The notes: generated by a model not told the origin, from the letters alone. A stretch of 64,000 nt of DNA from Torpedo marmorata (GCA_977017645.1 OZ360242.1:49290001-49354000), one strand, 5' to 3'; positions 1 through 12,624 are shown, counted from the stretch's first letter. Program-made: numbers and translations.

Positions 1-708
1 AAGATTTTAAAAAATCAGGAAAATGCAAGGAAATGGGATAAAGATGGTTCAAAGTTAGTGGCACCAGTATGTGTGTGCACAGTATCCTTTACTGTTTTAT
101 TTAATGAAATTCCATGATTCTGATCCCAGAATGTCAGGCAAGTGAAAGATCAGAGAAGACCCAGACACCTGATTTTTTAAAAAAAATGCCTTTGAAAGCA
201 AATATAAAACTAAGTTGAAGTGAATACCAGTAAATGATTATCTTATTATTAGGACTTAAAATGCTTTTATTTTTGTGACTTTGACTTTTTTTCCCTGCTT
301 TGCAATGGATGTGTGATCTTCTTTCTGTCTTCTTTCTTTCTTTTTCAATCTTTTTTTTATAAGAAATACAATGAAGAAAAGGGAACGAAATTGAAAATAC
401 AATATCACATATGTATATATATTAAAATAAAACTTCAAACAGTATAAATTCGATCCCCCCTCCACTGCATTAGGTGAAAATGAAAAAAAAAACAACTAAC
501 AAAAAACAGCTGAGCAGCTTATCCTGAAGGTTATATATATTTTGTAATTTTTGGTTCCTACTGTAAATCAAAAAACAAAGGAAGAGTAAATACATCTAAT
601 CACATTAGAAACACTTACATCATATGAAAATAAGACATAAAAGGTCGCCATATATCTTCAAATTTCACTGATGAATCAAATACATGATATCTAATTTTTT
701 CTAAACTT

Positions 709-3700
709 TTTTTTTATAATTTTATTTAAATTTTTAAAATCACAAAATACATAGATCAAAAATAATATATCATTCCAAGTACATGTGATATATTTCCTCC
801 CCCCCCTCCCACCCTCCCCTCCCCAACCCCCCCACCACTACTCTAAAAAAAAAAAAAAGAAAAAAAAAAAAGGTTATATAAAAAAAGAAAAATGTTGAAT
901 ATAAAGAATTGAAGATTTAAAGTGAGGAGAAAACAAATTACAAGCTAATTCTATTTATATATTGGAGGTTAATTTCGCCAGCGGAGCCGACTTCTAGAGA
1001 ATTAATTCATACCCATAATTCTCATATATGGGCTCCAAATTTTCAAAAAGAAATGATATTTATTACGTAAATTATATGTAATCTTTTCCAATGGTATACA
1101 TGAACGTAATTCTGCATGCAATCTATCTAAATTCAAATCTAAATCTGATTTCCAAGTAATAGCAATACATTTTTTTGAAACCGCTAAAACAATTCGCAAA
1201 AATTCTATTTGATACATATTTAATCTATTTCTAATACTAAACTTTTTAATATCTCCAAATAAAAATAACATAGGGTCCATTGGAACCGTAATATTAAAAA
1301 TTCTATCCAAAAAATCTTTAACCTTAGACCAAAAATCCTTAATTTTAGAACATAACCATATTGAATGAACAAACGAACCAATTTCATCCTTACATCTAAA
1401 ACACATATCTGATAATGCCGGATTAAATTTCTTTAATTTTTTAGGTGTTAAGTATAATTGGTGAAAAAAATTATATTGTACTAATCTATACCTAACATTA
1501 ATAATTTTAGTCATACTCAATTTACATAAATCTTTCCAATGTTTTTCATCTATACTAATATTTAAATCTGATTCCCATCTTAATCTTGATTTATGAAATC
1601 CTACCTTAGGCATTTTTCTCTGAAGTAATTTATACATTTGTGATATAAATTTATTAACATTTCCATTAGTAATTAATAATTCTAATCCATCCTGTCTTGG
1701 AGCTATTAATTGATTCCCCAATTTCTCAACTAAAAATCCTTTAACCTGATAATAAGCTAAAATTGTATTATCTAATATTCCAAATTTTTCTTTCAATCTG
1801 GAAAATGTAACAAATCTTCCAGCTTCAAAACAATCTTTAATCTTCTTAATTCCTTTTTGAAACCATATTTTTAAAAATTGATTATCAATAGAAAAAGGTA
1901 ATAATAAATTCTGATACAATGGCGTATTTGGAGATAATAACCCTTTTCGTCCTATCTCATTGTCTAACTGTGTCCAAATTTCCAACAAATGTTTAATAAT
2001 CGGTGAATTTTTCTTTTTAACTAATAATAATTTAGAATTCCATTTATAAATAATATCTTCTTTATATCTCTCCCCTATATTATTCAATTCTATATTAATC
2101 CAAGCTGTAGATTTAGTTAAATCAAAAAATTCATTAATAAACTTTAATTGGGGAGTTGTAATCCACCCATCTCATAATTCCAAGTTAATTTATCCATACT
2201 TACTCTCGCTAATTTTCCCTTCCATAAAAATTTCCTAATAATAATTTTTAAATCTTTAAAAAAATTTTGAGGAATTCCAAAAGGAATAGATTGAAAAAGG
2301 TATTGAACTCTTGGAAAAATATTCATTTTAATACAATTCACTCTTCCCATTAAAGTTATAGGTAAATCTTTCCAATTCTCCAAATCTTTCTTTATTTTCT
2401 GAAATAAAGGTATATAATTTAATTTATATAAATTTTCCAATTTTGTATCTACTTTAACTCCCAAATATTTAATTCCTTCTTTAGCCCATTTAAATCCTGT
2501 AACTTCTTTACATTTAGTATAATCTCCTTGAGATAAAGCCATTATCTCACTCTTATCCGAATTTATTTTATAACCAGATATCTCACCATACTCCCTCAAT
2601 ATCTTAGCTAATTGTTGAAGTGTGTTATGGACCATGACTGACCATTTGGACTGCGGACGGTCAGCAGGAAGGATGAATTCTTTTGGAGTATACACTGGGG
2701 CCAGGTACTGAAAGAGTTAACTTCCCCAGCTACTTGGTGTACCCAGACAAGATACATTGTTGCACTTTTGGTGTACCCAGACAGAGAGAGACAGAGACAG
2801 GCTGAACAAGATACATTTGTTTCACTTCTGCAAAAAGCAGGGGCAGATCTCTGCAAAGCAGACACAGTTGTGAGTTGCAAGGCTACAGAACACAGCCAGT
2901 ATACAGGTTTGTGTGCAGTCAGATAAAATCTGGCAAAATAGCACATGGCCTCCTGTCTCTGAGAAAAAGCTATTTCTGTGGAGAACAGGTGTGAGATCAG
3001 CGAGACTAGCTGTGAGATTCAAGCATACGCCTAAATCAGTGGTATACTGATCTGGAACTTGCAATCCTTATGAACCTACAAGAAGGGGACGTCATCAGAG
3101 AAGAAAACAAGTATTTGTAAGCATAATCAGTCATTGTCTCTCTCCAACGTTCATTCAGAAGTACTTCTACCAGACCCAGAGCTGAAGTGAAGTCTGAACT
3201 TAGAGAGTGAATCTTGTGGACTGTTTATCTTTTTTTTTGACTGACTTGTTTTTTTTTATGACTGACCTGGGGTTTTTGGGGAAAGTTTTTCCATTTTTTT
3301 ACATAAGGGTTGGGCACAGACTGTAATGGTCTGGGCTTTACACACACACACATACACCTTTTAGATAAGAATAGAGTTTATAGACGTTTATAGTGGGGTT
3401 AATTGGTGTGAAATTATATGTTTACTTGTGTTTAATAAATAATAATTTCAATTTTACCCCTTTTGCATTGCGTCTTCTGTCGTTGCTGGTTTGAATTTGT
3501 AACAAATTATACAATAGATTTCGTCATATATATTAATACATCATCTGCAAATAAACTAATTTTATGCTCTTCTGTACCTACTTTAATCCCATTTATATTA
3601 ATATCTTTCCTAATCATTTCAGCCAACGGTTCTATTGCCAATACAAATAAAGCAGGTGATAAAGGACATCCTTGTCTTGTTGACCTCATCAAGGGGAATT

Positions 3701-4580
3701 TAGATGATATCTGACCATTTGTAATTACTCTAGCTGTAGGTTCTTTATATATAGTTTTAATCCAATTTATAAAAGTATTCCCAAATCCATATTTCTCTAA
3801 GACCTTAAATAAAAAATTCCATTCTAATCTATCAAATGCTTTTTCCGCATCTAATGTTATCACCAACGGCAAATCTTGTTTCCTTTTTTGCAAATTAATT
3901 AAACTTATTAATCTTGCTATATTATCTTTCGAATATCTATTTTTAATAAATCCTGCTTGATCTGAATGTATTAAAATCGGTAAATACTTAGCTAATCTGT
4001 TTGTCAAAATTTTTGCCATTATTTTATAATCTACATTCAACAATGATATAGGTCTATATGACTCAGTTTTTAATACATCTCTATCTTTCTTTGGTATAAC
4101 TGTAATAATAGCATTCAAAAAAGTTTTCGGTAATAAATGAGTTTCCTTAATTTGACTCAATACTTCCATATATAAAGGTATCAATAAATCTTTAAACTCT
4201 TTATAAAACTCTATCGGAAATCCATCATCACCAGGAGATTTACCACTTTTCAATGTCGATAAAGCTTCAACTACTTCTCTCATTGTAATAGGTAAATCTA
4301 ACATATCTCTATTAAAATTATTTAGTCTAGGTAATGTAATTTTGGATAAAAATCTATTAATTTTTGTATCATCATGATCAATCTGAGAGGTATATAAGTT
4401 CTGATAATATTCTCTAAAAGATTCATTTATTTCCTGAGGTTTATAAGTTATTTCACCAGTACTTTTTTTTATAGCGTTTATAGTTTTAGAAACTTGTTCT
4501 TTTTTTAATTGCCATGCTAAAACTTTATGTGCTCTTTCTCCTAATTCATAATATCTTTGTTTCGTTCTGTCAATTAATTT
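709..4580 (-). mobile_element. L1-clade LINE 'A', 5'-truncated ORF2 (RT plus C-terminal Cys-rich region) and 3' UTR, with 17-bp TSD
   Basis: ORFs 3507-4304 (KSPGDDG, YRPISLLNVDYKI, LDAEKAFD, RQGCPLSP, FADD), 2144-2620 and 1002-2087 (CFRC..H..W.C). G-rich 3' UTR. TSD taattttttctaaactt at 692-708 and 4581-4597. Confidence 0.93.
2623..3504 (+). mobile_element. Probable solo LTR inserted in the RT of L1-A
   Basis: Interrupts L1 ORF2 between ...YMTKSIV and LQQLAKIL. Termini tgttatgg...gtaaca (TG..CA). AATAAA near 3435. 3' part resembles the element ending at 63729. No clean TSD seen. Confidence 0.65.
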
Positions 4581-7500
4581 TAATTTTTTCTAAACTTAAA
4601 CAAGACATAATATGAGAAAATCATTGAAACACTGTTGGAGGTCTAGAGTCTTTCCAATTGAATAGGATGGCTCTTCTAGCCAACAATGTAGAGAAGGCTA
4701 CAACTCATTGAACAGGTACAGAAAAACTCCCTATGTCTGGGTCAATAACCCCGAAAAGAGCAGTTATTGGATTGGGTCGTAGCTCCACCTAGAATATAGT
4801 TGAAAAGATATTAAAAATTTCTTTCCAATAATTTTCTAAGGATGAACAAGACCAAAACATATGTGTCAATGTAGCAATTTCAGATTTGCATGTCACAACT
4901 CGGGTTAATATTAGAAAAAATACTAGCCAATTTATCTTTGAATTGGATTATTGAATGTCGGGCACATATAGAAGTTGTATTTACCAAGTTAAGAATCTTG
5001 TCCCATAGATCCTCAGATAAGGGTCTTGCAAGTTCCAGTTCCCAAGCCTTTTTAATCTTATCATGAAGTACTGGACGTAATTTTAATAATCTATCATATA
5101 TAATTCCAATTAATCCTTTCTGAGAAGGATTCAATTGAAAAACATTATTAACTAAATCTGGTGGATATATAAATGGAAAATCCATAATATGATATTTAAG
5201 AAATTTCTAATCTGTAAATACCTAAAAAAAAAATGAGTATTTGGTAAGTCATATTTACTTGCAAGCTGTTCAAAAGTCATTAAACAACCTTCCTTAAATA
5301 AATTTGCAAAAGAAACAATACCTTTGATTTTCCATATAGAGAAAGAATGATCAGTTATTGATGGTCGAAAAAAATAGTTATGAGAGATAGCACTAGATAA
5401 GACAAAGTTTTTTAAATTAAAAAATTCCCTAAATTGGAACCAGATTCGTAATGTATGTTTGAGTATTGGATTAGATATATTCCTATTGATCTTGGAAAAG
5501 CTAAATGGAAGAGAGGCACCCAATAAAGAGGCCACTGAATACTGTTGTATAGATTTCAATTCTAAATCTGTCCATAATGGACGATACAATTTATCAGAAT
5601 AAAAATTCCAAAAAGTTAGATAGCGAATATTAGTAGCCCAATAATAAAATCTAAAATTAGGTAAGGCCATACCTCCATCTTTTTTCAATTTTTTGCAAAT
5701 GAAATTTACTAATTCTAGGGTTTTTGTACTTCCAAATAAAGGAAGAGACTTTTGAGTTAATATTATTAAAAAAAGATTTCGGAATGAAAACTGGAATTGC
5801 TTGAAATAATTATAAAAACTTAGCTAATATTATCATTTTAACTGCATTAATACGACCTATTAAAGATAACGATAAAGGAGACCATCTAGAAAAAGATAAT
5901 CTCACATACACAAATAGAGGAGAAAAATTGAGTTTATATAAATCTTTAAATCTTTTAGTAATTTTAACCCCCAAGTATGTGAAATTATCTCTAACAATCT
6001 TAAATGGAACTTGAGTATAGATAGGGACCTGCATATTAATTGAAAAAAGTTCACTTTTATGAAGGTTTAATTTATATCCAGAGAAAGAGCTGAATTGAGA
6101 AAAGACAGATAACATAACTGGGATAGATCTTTCGGGATCGGAAATATAAACGAATAAGTCATCTGCATACAAAGAAACCTTATGAGTTACTCCGTCTCTG
6201 ACAATCCCTTGAACCTCATGAGAGTCTCTAAGGGCTATTGCCAGAGGTTCTAAAGCTAGATCAAATAGCAAGGGGACATCCCTGATGTATTCTGTCTTGG
6301 TACATAGCTAATCCACATGTTGGCCTACACATTGACTGCTGGCTGCCTATAAAAACCAGAAAACCAAGATCAATGCCATCGCAAGTATTTTCCAGGAATA
6401 ATCCTTGGATTATAATTAGTTCCAGAGTTCTGATCTATTTGGCTAAACTGGTATGTTGGTATGGTTAACTATTCCACTCTGTGTTCTACTCCTGTTGCTC
6501 ATCAAACCCTGGAACCTTACTGGCCTTAGTGAACTGCATCCATACTTCCAAAAGAAAATTAGAAAAAATATCTTCATTGCAGGATAACATGCACTAGAAA
6601 AAAGTGCCTTTGACACATGTAAACTAATATTAATGCAGATTTTAATTTTGGCAGATGCACCAAGGGTTATAGAATGCTCATCATGAGGAGTTCTAAACAA
6701 GAATCAGCAATTTACGTAAATGATATGTTGAAGCCTTATTAAGAATTAACTTTATGCCTCTTTGGTAGGATAATATAAATATTCCCAAGTTTTTTTTTCA
6801 GTGCCTGGTGGCCTTGCCAGGTTCCAATGTCATTACCTGGAGTTGAATTTGTGGGTATATTGCAGTTTCAAGTGCTGGCAATGTTTATTATGTCAACCAG
6901 ATTAGGAATAATTTTTGGCTACATCTGCCCATTGTCTGAAGAAGGCCATCAGTGCTAGGTAATTGGACTCTTTTCTCGGTGATCACTTTTCACAGTTTGT
7001 GATAGCAGGACAGCTGTAATATATAAATAACGACAGCCTGCTGACATGCTGGTGGAAAAAACTTTTCTACAGTCATGTTACTAATTATAAAGTGAAACTT
7101 CTGACCAGAAATAACTTAAAAGCAGAGTGAGGCTGTTTCTTCTTGTCATTTGTCACTCTTGCAATACCAAGAAATTATTTCACATTTTTCTGATGTGAAA
7201 ACAGTGAAAATGGTAGTAAAGTGCTGTCAGTTTCAATGGAACCCAATTAGGTCAATTGGATTATTTTAAGTTATTTTCTGAAAGTGCAAGTTTCCATCAC
7301 CATAGGTAGAAAACTATCATTTATTATGTCACTAGATATAATTATTTTACACAGATCTATTGTATTGTTACTCCTTGTGTAACTAATAGCTACACTAGTA
7401 TAAATAGATTTATGACAGTTAAGACTTGAATGAGTAACCAAACTAATGGTGGTTACAAAGCACAGTGTGAACACTTGTAAATGGAAAAGACATTGTCGAA

Positions 7501-7582
7501 TAAATTTATGCAATTGAGAATGCAAAATGTATTAACTTGATTTTGAACTTAATTTAATTAGGATTAATATTTATCGGAAGTA

Positions 7583-8881
7583 CTGTATTTTCACTCATAT
7601 AACTCACAGAAAATCATAAACTGAGTAAAAATATTTTCGTATAGCGCACACGCATATACCGCGTGGGTGTAGTATTCTACATTCTGACTCACAAGAGCAA
7701 TTTGCATTTACTTGGACATGAGACAAAACACATTCCATAGTCCCACTATCTGCCACAGTTAATCTCCCGCGATTTACACCCATTCAACTTCCCCCAGAGT
7801 GTCAATCGCCCATTATATAGATGTAAATCATGAAAATCTGTAGACACTGTGATTGAAGTAAAAACACAAAATGCTGGAGAAGCTCAGCAGGTCAAACAGT
7901 GTCCTTTATGTAGCAAAGGTAAAGATACATAATCGACGTTTCGGGCTTGAGCCCTTCATCAAAGTATGAGAAAATGTCGGCAGGTGTCCAAACAAAAGAG
8001 TGGGGGGGAAGGGGGGTGGCAAAGGTAGGAGATGATAGGTGGAGAAAGGAAGGAGGGAGGGGACAGCCGCAATGAGGGGGAGGAGGGATGGCTGGGTGGG
8101 TGGAAGAACTGGAAGGACAGGGAAGGGGAAAGAAAATGCGAGCAGGTTTAGTGGAAAGCAGAAAAGTCAATGTTAATCCCATCTGGCTGGAGAGTGCCCA
8201 GACAGAAAATAAGGTGTTGTTCCTCCAATTTGCGGGTGGTCTGGGTGGGATAGTACATAATGCCATGGACAGACTTAGCCCATTATATAGATGATATCCT
8301 CCTGCAACACATTAACAAGCTTTCGAGAGGAATCAATTAAATAGATCGAAGACAGGCTTCAGAGTAAAGCAGTATTTTAATTCTGTCATGATTTAAAAAC
8401 CCTTTCTTTAAAAGAAACCTTATCTTGTTAAAAATAGTGTGCAATTGAGAAATTTATGGTTTGATTTGATGTAATGAGGATGATTAAACTGATGCCAAAG
8501 TGCAGAATCATCCTAATGTTGTCTCAGATCAGAGGCACTTGATATGTTAATCTCCTCCCTCAGGGGACGGGTCTGGGCAATTAACATTGATAAGGTGCAG
8601 TGCCCTAGCCAGAATATCCCGTTTCTTGGAATACCATGGCACTCAGGCCAAAGAGATATTCCCAAGATCAAAATTTTGAATTTTGTATGTACCCAATTCC
8701 CACGCTCGCTATAAATTGTACGAGTTCTTTCATTGCCGCTATTACATTCCCACGCCCGCTATAAATTGTGCGCGTTGTTTCAACATGTAAAAATATTCTC
8801 GTATAGCGCGCACAGGCATATAACGCGCGGGGGGTTACCTGGTTTGTAAAAAACGCATACGTTATATGCGTAATAATACGG
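7583..8881. mobile_element. Non-autonomous Tc1/mariner (Tc2/Kanga-like) DNA transposon remnant containing a Penelope insertion
   Basis: Imperfect TIRs: left ta|ctgtattttcactcatataac; right end reverse-complemented ccgtattattacgcatataac. Subterminal direct repeat gtaaaaatattYtcgtatagcgc at about 7625 and 8787. Confidence 0.55.
7824..8277 (-). mobile_element. Penelope-like element 3' end (GIY-YIG C-terminus plus pLTR with hammerhead-like core), 16-bp TSD
   Basis: Minus strand translates SVHGIMYYPTQTTRKLEEQHLIFCLGTLQPDGINIDFSAFH* (8148-8273). Downstream is ttgatga-agggctcaagccc-gaaacgtc. TSD gcccattatatagatg at 7808-7823 and 8278-8293. Confidence 0.85.
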
Positions 8882-8929
8882 TGGTTCCAAAATGTCATTC
8901 CATTTCATTCTAAATGGCAACTTGGAAAA

Positions 8930-9170
8930 GGACGGCACAGTTAGTACAGCTGTTAGCGCCACGCGATTACAGCGCCAGGGACCGTGGCTGGAGTTCGAAT
9001 CCCGCACTGTCTATAAGGAGTTTGAACGTTCTCCCCGTGTCTGCATGGGTTTCCTCCAACCATTCAAAAATGTACTGGGGGTGTAGGTCAATTGGGTGTA
9101 TTTGGACGGCACGTGTTCGTAGACCGAAAGGGCCGGTTACCGTGATGTATGTCTAAATTTAAAATTTAAA
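8930..9170 (+). mobile_element. tRNA-derived V-SINE-like element
   Basis: tRNA-like head with B-box gttcgaatccc; V-domain-like ggagtttg..cgttctccccgtgtctgc.tgggtttcctcc; tail (taaattt)n. About 8 related copies in the window. Confidence 0.85.
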
Positions 9171-10594
9171 ACCGCTCACTCATGGTATAGAAATTAAGTC
9201 ATTTGAATGCAAAATGCCTGTGGGAAACTCTGAGTAAGACAAGCAACCATGTGGATTTTTTCCAGGGGTTTAGTATTGGGGTGCAATGCAACTGATCATC
9301 TTGGTCAAATATACAGTTCAAATTTAACTCTTTAAAGGTCTTTCAAAGTTTCCCTAAATAATCTAGAATTTTTCAATCAGAAAATGAAAGTAAAACATAT
9401 CCAACTTAATTAAAATTGCATTTGTTTGATTGGATTTATCCCACATCTTCACTGTTCTGAACCCAACTGTCTTGAGATGGACTACTTTGTTTTATCGCTA
9501 AAATGAACTGATACCTTTTAGCCAAAATTATCTTTCCTCTACATTTCTCCCACCATCAGCCAAGAATGGAACACTGACGAATATTTCACCTCCTGGAGCA
9601 GAGCTTCCCAAATTGTGGGTCATTACCCCAAATGGGGTTGTTATTTGAGGATCACTTTAGACCCACCATATTCCCTTGAACTTTGGCCTCCCCTCAGCCC
9701 TGCTGCTGGATCCACCCTTGCCGGTTGCTTCAATAACCCATTACATTTGAAAGCCTACTTAGCTTCCTTGCCATGTCCCCCAAGCAATCTGCTGAGAATC
9801 TAAAGCCACTAGGATGGGAAGGAGGGTGTGAAGGCCTATCGATCAACTCCCTCTTAACTGACAATGTCAGAGACTTGGGGGAAGCAAGAGAAGGCCATAT
9901 GTACTGGATATTACTTCATCCCTGGATATCTTCTATCTGGAATACTGTGTATTTCTTTATTTCACTGCACTTCTTATAACAGTTTTTTTTTTTGACCAGT
10001 TGCAGACTTAAACAATTTATTACACAATTACAGAAAAGGCTATTTGTCACACTCAACAGCACCGAAATAAACTATTTGATTATCATTACATTGCTACTTG
10101 CGGAATCTTACTCTGTGCCAGTTATTTTGCTGCTTTGCTGTGATTGAATTCTGCGGTCCATGAAATCACAACTATTATAAAAAGAAAGTCGTTTGATAAA
10201 CCATGTTGTAGAGTGTCCTGAAACCTGTCATAGGTTGTCCTATCTGAACTCACAAACCTTCTTGGATTTGGTCAGGAGGCATCATTGCCCCTTTGGCTAA
10301 AAGGGCATTCTGATTATATTTTATTTATTGGAAGACGTCACTGATATGTGTACATTTTAGAAACCAGGTGGCTATTATTTTGGGGACAATTTTACCAGAT
10401 GTGATGGCTGGGAAAAATATGTAGGTTTTGAACACCTGTTTTAGTTTTGAGATGGTTGCCAATAAATAAAAATCTGCACCAATATTTTTTAGGAAAAGGT
10501 CCACTTAATAAAATGATCAACATTTCTTCATTTCTCAGATCCATTCTGAAAGATATTGCATAAATGAAGTACTGATATGCATTTCTTTTTGCAG

Positions 10595-10779
10595 TAGGAC
10601 AAGTCCATTATCCCAAAACCTTAGACACCTTTTCATTTGATGATGACAGCAGTGATGCCTTGTCTCCAGAGCAGCCCAGGAGCCAGGAGTCCCAAAGCTC
10701 AGCTCCTTCTCCAGTGGAACCCAAAGTGAATGAGTCATCATCTTCCTCATCATCACCTGCACCGAACACCATTATTCAA
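10595..10779 (+). CDS. MRTFB: MRTFB coding exon immediately after the RPEL region
   Basis: Acceptor ttcttttgcag, donor gtgagt. Encodes (V)GQVHYPKTLDTFSFDDDSSDALSPEQPRSQESQSSAPSPVEPKVNE..., matching the MRTF motif FDEDSSDALSP.QP.SQESQ. Confidence 0.92.
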
Positions 10780-10936
10780 GTGAGTGCTCTATCATCCAAT
10801 TGGAGATTGAGAAGATGGGTTGAATAAGCAGACAACAATGAGACAATAGGGAATCACTGTTTTTTATGTTAATCATACTGGTACCTTGCTTCGCATAGAA
10901 CACTGAGTTGTTGTAGTGCTCTTGAAGACTAACCTG

Positions 10937-11106
10937 AAGACGAACACCCAGCGGTACAAAAACAGCTTCTTCCCCTCTACCATCAGATTTCTGAATAGAC
11001 AATGAACCGCAGACACCACCTCACTTTTCTCTTCATTTTGCACCTGCAATGCTGCCGCAAAACAATGAATTTTGTCACGCATGTTCATGACAATACATTC
11101 TGATTG
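10937..11106 (+). mobile_element. Rex1/Babar LINE 3' fragment
   Basis: Encodes LKTNTQRYKNSFFPSTIRFLN and has tail gccgcaaaac..aattt..catgacaata, as in the Rex copies at 16275 and 33742. Confidence 0.75.
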
Positions 11107-11437
11107 CTCCTCAAAACTAAACACTCACAGGTACATTCACCTTGTACTTTAAAAATACATCCCTACAAGCTGCATGCTCCTGTGCTTGGAGCCTGATGCA
11201 AATCTTTGCCACACCTGCTGCTGTGTTAGATACCTGGCACAAACCCTCTACTGATAATGCCCACAACAAAGAATTCATAGTGGCTTAATGTGGAGAGGCA
11301 GCTAGTGAATGCAGCCTATCAGAGTTGAGATGCGGGGCTTACTGCTGCACTTCAGCCAGCATGGTGAGTCAGGCCATTATTGGGGATTGGCGGCAGCTTC
11401 TCCAGGTGTTCAAGACTGCCCAAATCCTACTGACGGA

Positions 11438-11675
11438 CACACGAGAGACTGCAGATGCTGGAACCTGAAGCCAAACACAAGCTGTTGGGTGAACACAGTG
11501 GGTCAAGCATCATCAGTGGGAGAAAAAGAATGGTTGAAGGTTCAAGCCAAAATTCTTAAACAGGACGGATGAATATCATCACGAAATGTTGACCATTCTT
11601 TTTCTCCCACTGATGCTGTTTGACCCACTGAGTTCTTCCAGCAAATTGTGTTTGTCTCCAATTCCTGCAATCTGT
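11438..11675. mobile_element. Palindromic Penelope-pLTR-derived element
   Basis: Arm cagtgggtcaagcatcatcagtgggagaaaaagaatggt is the inverted complement of accattctttttctcccactgatgctgtttgacccactg. Arms resemble the pLTR at 7824-8277. Confidence 0.7.
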
Positions 11676-12624
11676 TTGACATCCTATTGGATGTGATTGA
11701 AGCTGCTGTCTCCGCTGTCTTTATTTTCTTTAGTTGCTCTCCCCAGCTTGGAGATTTCTCCATGGTGACAAGTTCAACAGGGTCACTGGACATTGAGTTT
11801 GTTGCTATAAAGAAATCTTTGGACTGGAGAGAGCTGCACAACCATACAAAGAGGGTTGGAGTCACCAACTTCCCAGTATCAAACGAAACTTGCTAACAGG
11901 CAAATATGGAACATATAAAACAGACTAATTTACTCAATTATTTAAAGTTGGCAGTCTGGAAGCCTCCCTGCAGATTGTAACCTGCTTGTTCACTGATACA
12001 AAGAGTGCTTCTGAAGTGACCCTTTGATAATTAATCCTTGGCTGCCTCACTTGTTGGTTCTGCCAATTTTTGGGATGATCAGATTCTTCTCATTGTCCAT
12101 TGCAGTGTTGATCACTTGAACGGCAATTTCAGTGGTCAGATGGGTATTTAAGAACAGCAACCAGATAGATGGTAGATTTGATATCAACACTTTCAGCATG
12201 ATGAGTCTTATGCCAGTTGTCTGTGTAAAATACAAACCTTAAAACAGATGAGAACTTGTTTTGTGTAATTTTTCTTTTCATTGTGTTTTTGACAAAATTG
12301 CAAGGGCCCTTAAATTATAAAAAAAAGTCTCCTGTAACATATGGATCTGTTGCAAGGTTCTTTTACCCCATTGAAATTCGGCCCCTTCGAAGGTTGCATA
12401 TCCCTGTGAAGTAATACAAAATAAGATATTTTTGCTGTAATGGTATCCTAAATTTTAAACAATTGTACATGTTTCTTCCACCTAAGGGTGGATTAATGTA
12501 TAGGCCAATGGGACCTGTATCAAGGGCACCCAGCCACCTATGGGCCCTGAATAAAACATTGCTATAAAGGCTTCATACAGTCTCTGGATCACTTAGATAT
12601 TTTACAAAATCACTTGTTTTAACA

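Larger units (their letters stand above)
350..6278 (-). mobile_element. L1-clade LINE 'B', 5'-truncated (RT C-terminal half to 3' UTR); split into 350-708 and 4581-6278 by a younger L1
   Basis: ORFs 5810-6271 (LEPLAIALR...SLYADD RT motif), 5152-5688 (GGMALPN) and 4880-5185. The C-terminus ...SCLSLEKI (around 4581-4620) resumes as SLEKIRYHVFDSSVKFEDIWRPF* at about 615-708. T-run (poly-A tail) near 350. Ends are approximate. Confidence 0.85.

Noticed and set aside
8930-9010. tRNA genes at SINE heads (also 20209, 34841, 53380 and others)
   Set aside because: A/B-box-like heads continue into a V-domain and tail; no intact cloverleaf.
9598-9650. hAT-like terminus (cagagcttcccaaattgtgggtc..ccccaaatgggg)
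   Set aside because: Only one short degenerate end with no partner TIR or TSD; too weak to annotate.
6280-10590. MRTFB RPEL-encoding exons
   Set aside because: No RPxxxEL-coding segment with splice sites was found by eye; these exons are presumably upstream of the window.
12480-12550. Harbinger-like terminus (agggtggattaa...gggccc)
   Set aside because: Short and degenerate; no matching opposite end identified.
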